A stretch of 64,000 bases of DNA from assembly GCA_026710865.1 (NCBI GenBank), contig JAPOQG010000255.1:484-64483 (forward strand). The letters run 5' to 3'. Shown here in pieces: positions 17,722-26,799 of the stretch (positions within the stretch are counted from its first letter, which is position 1; each line of letters opens with the position of its first letter). A model generated the notes under the pieces. The model ran no database searches and had not been told where the DNA came from. It worked only from the letters and a program-made list of their open reading frames with translations. This DNA comes from Acidimicrobiaceae bacterium. Its GTDB lineage: Bacteria; Actinomycetota; Acidimicrobiia; Acidimicrobiales; Aldehydirespiratoraceae. The translations under genes were made by a program, and so were the position numbers.

Positions 17722-18441
17722 ATGGGCCTCTACCGCGACGAGGCCGTGGTTCTGCGCACGTGGAAGCTGGGCGAGGCCGACCGCATCGTGAGCCTGCACA
17801 CCCTGGGCAACGGCAAGGTCCGGGGCGTGGCCAAGGGGGTGCGCCGCACTCGCTCGAAGTTCGGCGCCCGGCTGGAACCGGCCTGCCATGTGGCTGTCCA
17901 GCTCTACCGGGGCCGGGGCGACCTCGACACCGTCACCCAGGCCGAGACCATCGACCGGTTCGCGAGCCTCCGGTCCGATCCCGACCGGTTCGCGCGGGCC
18001 TCGGCGATGTTGGAGGCGGTCGACCAGCTGGCGCCCGAGGCCGGGGGTGATCCCGACCGCCACGTGATGCTGGTTCGGGCCCTGGCCACGCTGGACCGCA
18101 TCGACAGCGGGCTGGTGGTCGCCGGGTTCTTCCTGAAGCTGCTGGCCCTGGAAGGGGTCCAGCCCGAACTCGACAGCTGTGTGGGCTGCGGGGCCGCCGG
18201 ACCGCTGGTGGCGATCGACGTGGACTCCGGCGGCGTGCTGTGCCGCGACTGCCGCCAGGGCCGGCCGGTCAGTCCGGAGGCGCTCGACATGCTGCGGCAG
18301 ATGCTCGGCGGCCAGCTCGCGGCGGTGTTGCGCCAGCCGCTCGCCGGGGCCGCCGGGGAGGTCACGGCCCTGGCCACCGCCGCGATGGAGTCCCACCTGG
18401 AGCGGCGCCTTCGATCAGTGACGGTCCTGGACGAGGGTTAG
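17722..18441 (+). CDS. recO: DNA repair protein RecO
   Basis: MGLYRDEAVVLRTWKLGEADRIVSLHT..GKVRGVAKGVRR..SKF OB-fold N-terminus and CxxC..CxxC zinc motif (CVGCG...CRDC). Confidence 0.9.
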   Translation: MGLYRDEAVVLRTWKLGEADRIVSLHTLGNGKVRGVAKGVRRTRSKFGARLEPACHVAVQLYRGRGDLDTVTQAETIDRFASLRSDPDRFARASAMLEAVDQLAPEAGGDPDRHVMLVRALATLDRIDSGLVVAGFFLKLLALEGVQPELDSCVGCGAAGPLVAIDVDSGGVLCRDCRQGRPVSPEALDMLRQMLGGQLAAVLRQPLAGAAGEVTALATAAMESHLERRLRSVTVLDEG

Positions 18442-18469
18442 CGCCCAGAGGCCCGGCGGAGCCCTAGCC

Positions 18470-19801
18470 TTGCCTGCCATGGCCCAGCCGTCGCCCGACC
18501 CCGATCTGTTCGACACGATCGTCAACCTGTGCGTGCGGCGCGGCTTCGTGTTCCGCTCCGCGGAGATCTACGGCGGCTTCCGCTCCGCCTACGACTACGG
18601 GCCGCTCGGGGTGCTGCTGCTGCGCAACGTCAAGGAGCAGTGGTGGCGGTCGATGGTGCAGATGCGCCACGACGTGGTCGGCCTGGACGCCTCGATCCTG
18701 TCGCCGCCCGCGGTGTGGGAGGCCTCGGGCCACCTCGACAACTTCACCGATCCGATGGTGGACTGCCGCTCGTGCGGCACCCGCCACCGCTCCGACAAGC
18801 TGGAGGACCCCGAGGCCTGCCCCGAGTGCGGGGAACGGGGCCGGCTCACCGAGCCGAGGCAGTTCAACCTGATGTTCTCCACCCATGCCGGGCCGGTGGC
18901 CGACTCGGCGGCGCAGGTCTACCTGCGGCCCGAGACCGCCCAGGGCATGTTCATCAACTTCGCCAACGTGCTGCGGGCCAGCCGCAAGCGCCCGCCCTTC
19001 GGGATCGCCCAGATCGGCAAGTCGTTCCGCAACGAGATCACGCCGGGGAACTTCGTGTTCCGCACCCGCGAGTTCGAGCAGATGGAGATGGAGTTCTTCG
19101 TCCCGCCCGACACCGCCGGCGACTGGTTCGAGCACTGGTGCGAGGCCCGGCACCAGTGGTACCTGGACTTGGGCATCAAGCCCGAGTCGGTGCGGCTGCG
19201 GGCCCACGGGGCCGACGAGTTGAGCCACTACTCGTCGGCCACCTCCGATGTGGAGTTCCTGTTCCCGTGGGGCTGGGACGAGCTCGAGGGCATCGCCAAC
19301 CGGGGCGACTACGACCTGCGCTGCCACGCGGAGCACTCCGGCGAGCGCCTCGAGTACTTCGACCCGGCCACCGGCGAGCATTACGTGCCCCACGTGATCG
19401 AGCCGGCCGCCGGCGCGACCAGGGCCGCCATGGCCTTCCTGATGTCCGCCTACGACACCGAGGTCGTGAACGACGCCGAGCGGGTCGTGCTGCGTCTCGA
19501 CCGCCGGTTGGCTCCCTACCAGGCAGCGGTGCTTCCCCTGTCCCGCAAGGACGTGCTGGTGCCGGTGGCGCAGCGGGTCTTCGACCTGCTGAAGGGACGC
19601 TGGAGCTGCGACTACGACGAGACGCAGGCCATCGGCCGCCGCTACCGCCGCCAGGACGAGATCGGCACCCCGCTGTGCGTGACCGTCGATTTCGACACTC
19701 TCGAAGACGACGCGGTGACCGTGCGCGACCGCGACACCATGGCCCAGGACCGGGTCGGCATCGACCGCCTGCCCGGGTATCTCGCCGAACGCCTCCCGTA
19801 G
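18470..19801 (+). CDS. glyQS: Glycine--tRNA ligase (dimeric class II type)
   Basis: FRSAEIYGGFRSAYDYGPLG, RPETAQGMF, FRNEITPGNF, GIDRL. 443 aa. Confidence 0.9.
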   Translation: MPAMAQPSPDPDLFDTIVNLCVRRGFVFRSAEIYGGFRSAYDYGPLGVLLLRNVKEQWWRSMVQMRHDVVGLDASILSPPAVWEASGHLDNFTDPMVDCRSCGTRHRSDKLEDPEACPECGERGRLTEPRQFNLMFSTHAGPVADSAAQVYLRPETAQGMFINFANVLRASRKRPPFGIAQIGKSFRNEITPGNFVFRTREFEQMEMEFFVPPDTAGDWFEHWCEARHQWYLDLGIKPESVRLRAHGADELSHYSSATSDVEFLFPWGWDELEGIANRGDYDLRCHAEHSGERLEYFDPATGEHYVPHVIEPAAGATRAAMAFLMSAYDTEVVNDAERVVLRLDRRLAPYQAAVLPLSRKDVLVPVAQRVFDLLKGRWSCDYDETQAIGRRYRRQDEIGTPLCVTVDFDTLEDDAVTVRDRDTMAQDRVGIDRLPGYLAERLP

Positions 19802-19916
19802 TACGACCGGTGTGCACACCAAGTCTTTTGGAGGCTTTCTAATATTTTCAAGCTGTTGCTGTGTAATCAGATTTCAGCACAGTAGCGTGCGGGTGCCGGG
19901 GTGCTCCCGAAACAAG

Positions 19917-20010
19917 CTGGCCCGCTCGGGCGGGAGCGCCCCGGCACTGCGGTCCGCTCGGGCCGGAGGCACCCTCGGCGGAGACTTGGTCCGCTCGGGC
20001 CGGGGGCGTT
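19917..20010. repeat. Three degenerate tandem units (32 and 37 nt apart) each containing ccgctcgggc
   Basis: ggcccgctcgggcgggagcgcc.. / ggtccgctcgggccggaggcacc.. / ggtccgctcgggccgggggcgtt.., with the ccgctcggg cores at 19922, 19954 and 19991. The same ggccgctcgggcc motif is the centre of the REP-like element. Confidence 0.5.
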
Positions 20011-20192
20011 CCGACAGCTAGGACAACAACCCTTTCAGGTGTAGTCCATGGCAGGACGTTAGCACGCTGTGGGGGCGACGCCAACCCCGAAGGCGGCGGC
20101 GCGACGGGCCGACGCCCCGTCCCGCCACAGGGGTTCCGATACTGGTGGGCAACCCATCGGGAGTCGATCCACCCTCGTCCGACGGCGCTGGT

Positions 20193-21992
20193 ATGTTCGC
20201 CGCGATGGGGATTGTCGCCGATGACATCGCGAAGGTGCGGGCCGCCACCGATCTCGTCGCCGTCATCGCGGAGCACACCGAGATCAAGCGCTCCGGGCGG
20301 CAGTGGATGGCCCGCTGCCCGCTGCACGGGGAGCGCACCCCTTCGCTGTCGGTGTCGCCCGACAAGGGGGTGTACTACTGCTTCGGCTGCCAGCGCAGCG
20401 GTGACGCCATCACCTTCGTGCGGGAGATCGAGGGCCTCGACTTCGCGGGGGCGGTCGAGATGCTGGCGGCGCGGGCCGGGATCCAGCTCCACTACGACAG
20501 CCGGGACGAGGGCGCAGCCCGCAGCAGGCGCAAGCGGCTGCTGGAGGCGGTGGAGAAGGCCAGGGACTTCTACCACCAGCGCCTGCTCGACGGCCGCGAC
20601 GCCGGCCCGGCCCGGCACTACCTGAGGTCCCGCGGCTACGACGGCGACCTCGTGCGCCGGTGGAAGATCGGGTGGGCACCCGACGATTGGGATGTGCTGG
20701 CCCGCCGCCTGCAGCTCTCCGACGACGACCTGCGCGACTCGGGTCTGGGCTTCGTGAACCGGGGCGGGCGCCAGCAGGACTTCTTCCGGGGCCGCGTGCT
20801 GTTCCCGATAAGCGACGAACGGGGCGACGTGGTCGGATTCGGCGGCCGGGTGATGCCGGATGCCGACGGTCCCAAGTACCTGAACACCTCCGCCGAGGCC
20901 AGGGTCTACGACAAGAGCCGGGTCCTGTACGGGCTGCACGAGCACCGCCGCCAGATCGTCAAGGAGGGCCAGGCGGTGGTGTGCGAGGGCTACACCGACG
21001 TCATCGGCTGCGCCGAGGCCGAGATCGAACTGGCCGTCGCCACCTGCGGCACCGCGCTCACGGAGGACCACATTCGGCTCCTCAAGCGATTCTCGGCCGG
21101 CAAGCTGGTGCTGGCCTTCGACGCCGACGCGGCCGGTGCGGCGGCCGCGGCACGGGTGTACGCCTGGGAACGCCGGTTCGAGCTGGAGGTGCTGGTCGCC
21201 GACCTTCCCGACGGCCGGGACCCCGGCGACCTGGGCCGCTCCGACCCCGGCGAACTGCAGCGGGCCGTTCGCGACGCGGTGCCTCTTCTCCAGTTCCGTG
21301 TCGACCGGGCGCTGTCCGGCGCCGACCTGTCCACAATCGAGAGCCGGGCCAGGTCGGCGGAGCGGGCCGTGTCCGTCGTCAACGAGCACCCGGACCCGAT
21401 GGTGCGAGACCCGAGCGTGGTGGCCATCGCAGAGAGGTGCCATGTAGATCCCGACCACCTGCGCCGCTACGCATCGGGTGAGCCCAGCATGGCTCCTGCA
21501 CGGAGCGACAATGCGGAGGGCGCGGGCGCCGCGCCTCGCCTCACGCCTGAGGACGAGGCGCTGCAGCTGGCCATCCACCGCCCCGAGGAGGTGGCCGGCT
21601 ACCTGCATGAGACGCTGTTCGGCGATCCGGTGCGCCGCGAGGCCTTCAAGGCCCTCTCAGAACACGGCGCCGTGGCCCCTGCCGCGGACTTTGTGTCACC
21701 ACAGACGGCGCAGCTGCTGCACCGGCTGGCGGTCGATGCCGGCAGTGCGGCCATCGGCGACGTGCTCGCCCGGATCGCCCGCCTCACCGCCCGGCGGGCC
21801 ATGAACGATCTGCGCCGCACCGCCGCCACAGCCGACGATCCCGCCCTGCGCCAGCAGTGCAGCAACAGCCTCGCCTGGCTCAAGTCGCACACGGAGCGGC
21901 TCGAGGAGCGCGGCACCCGCACTGAGGCGCTGGCCGACCTGCTTCCCTGGCTGATCGAGCACGGCGTCCGATCGGAGGGGGCCGCGCCGTAG
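20193..21992 (+). CDS. dnaG: DNA primase
   Basis: Zinc finger CPLHGERTPSLSVSPDKGVYYCFGCQRSGDAITF, Toprim EGYTDV..DAD. ORF opens at GTG 20145, ATG 20193 or 20205 more likely. Confidence 0.9.
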   Translation: MFAAMGIVADDIAKVRAATDLVAVIAEHTEIKRSGRQWMARCPLHGERTPSLSVSPDKGVYYCFGCQRSGDAITFVREIEGLDFAGAVEMLAARAGIQLHYDSRDEGAARSRRKRLLEAVEKARDFYHQRLLDGRDAGPARHYLRSRGYDGDLVRRWKIGWAPDDWDVLARRLQLSDDDLRDSGLGFVNRGGRQQDFFRGRVLFPISDERGDVVGFGGRVMPDADGPKYLNTSAEARVYDKSRVLYGLHEHRRQIVKEGQAVVCEGYTDVIGCAEAEIELAVATCGTALTEDHIRLLKRFSAGKLVLAFDADAAGAAAAARVYAWERRFELEVLVADLPDGRDPGDLGRSDPGELQRAVRDAVPLLQFRVDRALSGADLSTIESRARSAERAVSVVNEHPDPMVRDPSVVAIAERCHVDPDHLRRYASGEPSMAPARSDNAEGAGAAPRLTPEDEALQLAIHRPEEVAGYLHETLFGDPVRREAFKALSEHGAVAPAADFVSPQTAQLLHRLAVDAGSAAIGDVLARIARLTARRAMNDLRRTAATADDPALRQQCSNSLAWLKSHTERLEERGTRTEALADLLPWLIEHGVRSEGAAP

Positions 21993-22015
21993 GCGCTGGT
22001 AGCCTCACGAGCCGA

Positions 22016-22091
22016 TCCGGGGTAGCTCAACCGGCAGAGCAAGCGGCTGTTAACCGCTAGGTTGTGGGTTCGAGTCCCACCCCCGGAGCCA
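22016..22091 (+). tRNA. tRNA-Asn (anticodon GTT) with encoded CCA
   Basis: tccgggg ta gctc aaccggc a gagc a agcgg ctGTTaa ccgct aggtt gtggg ttcgagt cccac ccccgga g cca. The last 14 nt (22078-22091) recur at 28534-28547. Confidence 0.9.
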
Positions 22092-22124
22092 GCGCCTTGC
22101 GGCATAAGCCGAGATCAGAGGCTA

Positions 22125-22321
22125 TTTCTCGGCCGGTCCTCCTTCGGCTTGTCCAACAGTCTGTCCAAATTCACAGAACCCCCCACCAGGTGGACGGCGA
22201 GCTGCTCCATGTCGTAGCTGGGCCACGAGTAAGGGGATGACCCCGCTGGGGGCGTCGGCGCTCAGGCGATCCGGGCCAGGTGGTAGAGGTTCTGGCCGTC
22301 GATGAGGACTATCGTGCGCAT
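22125..22321 (-). pseudogene. NYN-domain gene stub (19 codons then stop, remainder only in another frame)
   Basis: Own translation from ATG (complement 22319-22321): MRTIVLIDGQNLYHLARIA-stop, the LabA/NYN start motif. A shifted frame continues ..YSWPSYDMEQLAVHL.. to about 22125. Confidence 0.35.
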
Positions 22322-22444
22322 GAAATGAAACACCCGCCCGGGGACGGCATCGAAGTGAGCCGTCCAGCGGGCGGGGAGTAGATGGGGCCGAGGATATTGC
22401 GTTGACATCGGCGCGTCAACATCTGTTCAGGGCGGCCTCCTGGG

Positions 22445-22630
22445 TCAGCTCCGGGCGGGGACGCCGTGGATGCCCTGGTCGCGGAGCTCGATGAGCGCGG
22501 CGGTGGCCGAGGCGCCCGCCAGGCGCCAGAAACACGATGCGCTCATGTTGGCGCCGCATCGGTGGGGTCTCCTCGCTGGACACGACGAGCCCGGCGGCTT
22601 GGAGCCGGCACAGCGGCTCAGCAGCGGTTG
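22445..22630 (-). pseudogene. Fragment of a paralogue of the wHTH gene at 24397..25032
   Basis: 22491-22630 aligns with 24686-24824 (roughly 88% identity by eye, one 1-nt indel that breaks the frame). C-terminal piece FWRLAGASATAALIELRDQGIH.. is readable, the N-terminal half is missing. Confidence 0.45.
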
Positions 22631-22969
22631 TGGTGCCATGAGGTCGTCAACGCGACCCGCACCCTCCATCTGTCGGGCCAAGCCTCGCTCGACGGCGACG
22701 GCATTCCGGTGTGCGTGGGCGACATGGCCGGCCAGATCCGCCAAGTCATAGACAACATCGAGACTGTGCTCGCCGAGGCTGCCATGAGCCTTGCCGACAT
22801 CGTGCGGGTCAACATCTTCACCACCGACATGGACCTCTTCTTCGAGCACGCCGACGAACTCGAACGCCTTCGAGAAGCCGGAACCCGGTACGCCTCCACC
22901 CTCGTCGGGGTCACCAGGCTCGCGTTCCCAGAGTTCCTCGTCGAGATCGAGGCAACCGCCACGACGTAG
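22628..22969 (+). CDS. RidA/YjgF (Rid) family protein, probably 5'-truncated
   Basis: ..VVNATRTLHLSGQASLDGDGIPVCVGDMAGQIRQVIDNIETVLAEAAMSLADIVRVNIFTTDM...LVEIEATA. The usual ~15 N-terminal residues are replaced by the wHTH-fragment sequence. TTG 22628 is the only nearby start, and the listed ORF start 22466 lies in foreign sequence. Confidence 0.55.
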   Translation: MWCHEVVNATRTLHLSGQASLDGDGIPVCVGDMAGQIRQVIDNIETVLAEAAMSLADIVRVNIFTTDMDLFFEHADELERLREAGTRYASTLVGVTRLAFPEFLVEIEATATT

Positions 22970-23180
22970 CGGTCCCAGCAATCTGAAGTCTGTTCGGCGA
23001 GCAGAGTTGGTAAGCGGCCCGCCGGCCCATCACAGGGCACTGGCTCGCGATAGGCCCCACCGGACCGCCCACCGACCAGTGGTGCTACGACGGCCCCACT
23101 GCGCCGCCCTGGCGGCTAAGCGCGCCCAGCCCGGCCGCTTCGACCGCGCCGGGTCGCTGCTGGGGGTCGAGCCTCCCCCG

Positions 23181-24224
23181 ATGCTGTATTCTGGAGCTAC
23201 GGCTCCTAGTAGCGTGGAGGCCGTGGGAGACGCGGCTGCACCGACCATCGACGACGCTCGGCGAGCCGGCCGAGCGCTCGCCGACGCGGGCGCTCGCGAG
23301 GTGATGGTGTTCGGATCCGTCGCCAAGGGCGAAGCCCGCCCCTACAGCGACATCGATCTGGTGGTGGTCCTCGACGACCTGGACTACCGCAGCCGACGCG
23401 ACACTGCCTACGCGCTGGAGGGTCTCGCCGCCGATGCTGTCGGCCGATATGTCGACGTTTGGCTCACCGATGTTCCCGAATGGGCCGCACAGAACCGTTG
23501 CGCAGCGTCGTTCGCGGCGGCGATCCGCGCCGACCTGACGCCTGTGGCGGTCCGTGACGGCGACGACAGCGCCATCCGCTGGGACAAGAAGCAAGTCATG
23601 GCCACCTCTGACACCGAGGCCGCGTGGCGCCGCCTCGAGGAGGTCCGCACCCAGCTGCAACGCCTCGCCCGGCGTCATCACCCCGACGACCGCGAGCGCC
23701 AAGCACACGCCGCGGGCCGCCTCGACGACTACCACGACCTGCAAGCCGACCGGCTCGTGGAGGCCTGCACCGCCGCGGCCTTGGCCATCGAGTCGGCGTT
23801 CAAGGCGCTCGGCACCGAGGCTCAGATCGATTCGGGCCTCCTGCACTACAACCATCGCATCGGCCGCATCGTCGACGAGCTGCCCGAAGGCGACCAGGTC
23901 GCCGCCGGCTTGATCTTCACCGGCGCGGTGACCGCGCAGAACGTGAGCGCGTGGCGCAGCTTGGGCGACTACCAGCCCGGCCCCGACGAGCCCCACCCCC
24001 ACGAGCTGGCCACCGCCGCCTACACCACCGCCGTCGCCGCCGCGGCGACAACGGCAGCCGGCTACGCCGCCGACAAGATGGCGAGCCTGCACGGCCGCAG
24101 AGTTGTCAACGACTCCATCGACGCCCTCACCGGCGAGTTGCGCCAACTTGCCGTCACCGTCGACATAGCCACCGGCGAGCGCCCACAGCCCGACCCCGGA
24201 ACCGACCTCAGCGCCGGACTCTGA
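23181..24224 (+). CDS. Minimal nucleotidyltransferase (MNT) domain fused to a helical HEPN/KNTase-C-like domain
   Basis: In-frame part of ORF 22791..24224. GREVMVFGSVAKGEARPYSDIDLVVVLDD (G-S..D.D polbeta motif), then an all-helical region with YNHRIGRIV. Start ATG 23181 or GTG 23223. Confidence 0.6.
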   Translation: MLYSGATAPSSVEAVGDAAAPTIDDARRAGRALADAGAREVMVFGSVAKGEARPYSDIDLVVVLDDLDYRSRRDTAYALEGLAADAVGRYVDVWLTDVPEWAAQNRCAASFAAAIRADLTPVAVRDGDDSAIRWDKKQVMATSDTEAAWRRLEEVRTQLQRLARRHHPDDRERQAHAAGRLDDYHDLQADRLVEACTAAALAIESAFKALGTEAQIDSGLLHYNHRIGRIVDELPEGDQVAAGLIFTGAVTAQNVSAWRSLGDYQPGPDEPHPHELATAAYTTAVAAAATTAAGYAADKMASLHGRRVVNDSIDALTGELRQLAVTVDIATGERPQPDPGTDLSAGL

Positions 24225-24396
24225 GCGCTCAGCTCCACGCCGGTCGGGCATCGAACATCATCCGGGCCGGGTGTACCCGGGACCTGCCGGCAACCGACGG
24301 GACACGCAGATCCCTTCCCCGAGCACGCGCGGGCTCTGCGCGATCAGGCGGCGATCATGTTGTCGTTGAGGACGTCGCTGTAATCCTCTATGGCAG

Positions 24397-25032
24397 TCAA
24401 CTCAATGCCTCGATGGCGGCGGCGATCAGCTCGGGGGCTTCTGAGCTGGGGTCGGGATAGCGGCTGTGGCAGGCGGCGAGCTGCTCGACGGTGAAGTGTG
24501 ACAGCACCCAGGATCGGGCCTCGGAGTCGAACGATTCGATGAGGCGGCAGCCCACCAGGGTGGCGTCGCGGGGCAGGCGCAGCTCGGCGGGGTCCGATCC
24601 CGAACAGAAGTGGTGCCAGAACTCACCGGGCACCGGTCCTCGGAGGCCTCGACGCTGGGCCGGGTCGGGTCGGGGGACATGGGCCATGAGCGCCACTGTG
24701 GCCGAGGCGCCCGCCAGGCGCCAGAACACGATCCGCTCATGTTGGCTCCGCACCGGCGGGGTCTCCTCGCTGGACACCACGAACCCGGCGGCCTGGAGCC
24801 GGCGCAGCGCCGCAGCAGCGGTTGCGGCGTCGAGGCTGGCCCGGTGAGCGACCGCGGCTTCAGCGGCGCCGCGTGGCCACAGGCGCAGCACCGACAAGAT
24901 GGCCCTCTCGCAGGGCTCCAGGGCCTCAGCCGCAGAAGCGGCGGGGGCGGTGATCGCCGTCATGGCGGTGGGGCTGGCCACAGCGTCGAGAGTAGTTGCC
25001 GCCGGTGACAGCGGCGATGGTGGTTCCGGCAC
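24397..25032 (-). CDS. Winged-helix (MarR-like) DNA-binding protein with unassigned C-terminal domain
   Basis: CERAILSVLRLWPRG..SLDAATAAAALRRLQAAGFVVSSEE..ERIVFWRLAG is wHTH-like. The C-terminal ~90 aa (GEFWHHFCSGSDPAELRLPRDATLVGCRLIESFDSE..) has no motif I recognise. Divergent from the ATPase gene. Confidence 0.5.
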   Translation of the reverse strand: MPEPPSPLSPAATTLDAVASPTAMTAITAPAASAAEALEPCERAILSVLRLWPRGAAEAAVAHRASLDAATAAAALRRLQAAGFVVSSEETPPVRSQHERIVFWRLAGASATVALMAHVPRPDPAQRRGLRGPVPGEFWHHFCSGSDPAELRLPRDATLVGCRLIESFDSEARSWVLSHFTVEQLAACHSRYPDPSSEAPELIAAAIEALS

Positions 25033-25171
25033 CGGATGCCGGGGTTCGGCCGCGTCCTTGTGCGGCGTCGCGTGGGTGCTTGCTGGACGACCGTTTCCGA
25101 ACGCCCCTGCGAATCGTCGAGGGTAGCGTGAACCAGATGCAGTTGAACTTCACCACCGGACGGCTTCGCTC

Positions 25172-26416
25172 GTGACCTCCGCAGAGGCCGCAGCTACGTC
25201 GGACTCGAAATCCCCTCCGCGGATCGAGTTCCTGAAGGTCCGCAATTTCCGTGCGCTTCGTACAGTGGAGATGAAGGAATTGACCCCGTTGACGGTACTT
25301 CTCGGCCCGAACGGCAGCGGGAAGTCGACGATTTTCGATGTATTCGCGTTTCTTGCAGAGTGCTTCGACTCCGGGCTGAGGCGCGCATGGGACCGGCGGG
25401 GTCGGGCAAGAGAACTCACGACTCGCGGATCAGCAGAGGCGGTCTCGATCGAGATCAAGTACCGCGAACGCCCGAGAGCGCCATTGATCACCTACCACCT
25501 CTCCGTGAACGAGCGACGTGGTGCACCGATTGTTGAGCACGAATGGCTCAGTTGGCGACGGGGGAGCAGTGGCAGACCGTTTCGCTTCCTGGAGTACGAA
25601 TCGGGCTTCGGCCGGGCCGCGAGCGGCGAGGAGCCTGATGCAGAGGCGGTGAGGGTGGAAATCCCGCTTCGGTCACCCGACCTCTTGGCGGTCAACGCAC
25701 TCGGCCAGTTTCAAGAACACCCTCGAGTGGCCGCCTTGCGCGACTTCATCAGAGGCTGGTACGTGTCCTACCTCGCGGCCGACAGCGCCCGGACACAGCC
25801 GGAAGCCGGTCCCCACGAGCGCTTGAGCACCACCGGTGACAACCTGGCCAACGTCATCCAGTACCTGAAGGAGCAGCATCCCCAGAGGCTCGACGACATC
25901 TTCGCGGCGATGCGTCTTCGCGTGCCTCGCATCGAGAGTGTTTCCGCCGCGACCATGGCCGACGGCAGGCTCCTACTTCAAATCAAGGACGCCCCGTTCG
26001 AGGATCCGGTGCTCGCACGCTTTGCTTCCGATGGGACTCTCAAGATGCTCGCGTACCTAGTGCTGATTCACGACCCGAAGCCCCCGCCGTTCATCGGACT
26101 GGAAGAACCGGAGAACTTCCTGCACCCTCGGCTCTTGGTCGGACTCGCCGAGGAGTGCCGCGCTGCCGCCGAGCACACGCAACTCCTTGTCACAACCCAC
26201 TCTCCGCACTTCCTCGACGCTCTCCGCTCGAACGAGGTACGGGTCCTGTGGCGCGACCGACACGGTCACACCCAGACTGAGCGCGTCAGCGATCTTGACG
26301 GGGTTAGTGAGTTCATCCAGGAAGGCGCCAGTCTTGGCTCTCTGTGGATGGAGGGGCACTTCGGTGTCGGAGACCCGCTGACCGCGCAGGGCGCGCCGAT
26401 CAACGCACTCAACTGA
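25172..26416 (+). CDS. Stand-alone ABC/SMC-like ATPase (AAA_15/AAA_21 type, OLD/AriA/PtuA-like N-terminal architecture) without nuclease domain
   Basis: Walker [10 protein letters not shown], signature-like [13 protein letters not shown], Walker [17 protein letters not shown]-loop VTTHSP. GTG start. Visibly lower GC than the backbone. Confidence 0.75.
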   Translation: MTSAEAAATSDSKSPPRIEFLKVRNFRALRTVEMKELTPLTVLLGPNGSGKSTIFDVFAFLAECFDSGLRRAWDRRGRARELTTRGSAEAVSIEIKYRERPRAPLITYHLSVNERRGAPIVEHEWLSWRRGSSGRPFRFLEYESGFGRAASGEEPDAEAVRVEIPLRSPDLLAVNALGQFQEHPRVAALRDFIRGWYVSYLAADSARTQPEAGPHERLSTTGDNLANVIQYLKEQHPQRLDDIFAAMRLRVPRIESVSAATMADGRLLLQIKDAPFEDPVLARFASDGTLKMLAYLVLIHDPKPPPFIGLEEPENFLHPRLLVGLAEECRAAAEHTQLLVTTHSPHFLDALRSNEVRVLWRDRHGHTQTERVSDLDGVSEFIQEGASLGSLWMEGHFGVGDPLTAQGAPINALN

Positions 26417-26763
26417 CGCCGACGATGACGACTAAGCACCTTGTGCTCCTCGTGGAGTTCGCCACCCTTTCGTGGTTCGATGAGATTGAAGGGCACGGTC
26501 CGCAGCGTGTAGACGGCGTTGCCGCCGGGGAAGATTGCCCATTCGCGGCCCGGCGGCGCGGTTCGTCGGATGGAGTCGGGAAGCGGCACCCGGTAGCGCA
26601 GCGAGTACACGATGTCGCCGAGATTCTTGGGGCGGGGTGCTCCCAGTGCGGCAGCGGCAGAAATCAAGTCGTCTCTCGTGAAGGTCACTTCTTGGAGGCC
26701 TGGGCCATGGCGCGCGGCGAAGATCTTGTCGATGATCTGCTGCGCCAAGCTCGCCGTGGACAT
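26266..26763 (-). CDS. Hypothetical protein co-transcribed with the methyltransferase. The 3' third is probably not genuine (possible truncated restriction-enzyme partner)
   Basis: First ~97 codons ([97 protein letters not shown]) have protein-like composition and about 79% GC3 by my count. After about 26470 GC3 falls and the ORF overlaps the ATPase 3' end by 150 nt. Confidence 0.4.
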   Translation of the reverse strand: MSTASLAQQIIDKIFAARHGPGLQEVTFTRDDLISAAAALGAPRPKNLGDIVYSLRYRVPLPDSIRRTAPPGREWAIFPGGNAVYTLRTVPFNLIEPRKGGELHEEHKVLSRHRRRQLSALIGAPCAVSGSPTPKCPSIHREPRLAPSWMNSLTPSRSLTRSVWV

Positions 26764-26799
26764 GTCAGCGCAGTCCTTCGGCGGGAGCCTGCGAGTGCC

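Noticed and set aside
19917-20010. Possible mini-CRISPR because of three spaced repeats
   Set aside because: There are only three degenerate units, the repeat core is about 10-16 nt, the spacing is unequal (32 and 37 nt), and no cas genes are present. Treated as a tandem or REP-related repeat.
13452-21608. Very long minus-strand ORFs (13452..15008, 15490..17202, 18464..19822, 19848..21608) opposite phoH-ybeY-corC-era-uppS-recO-glyQS-dnaG
   Set aside because: Their translations are Arg/Gly/Pro/Ala-rich with no motifs, and each lies antisense to a gene with clear family signatures. Stop-poor antisense frames are expected at about 70% GC.
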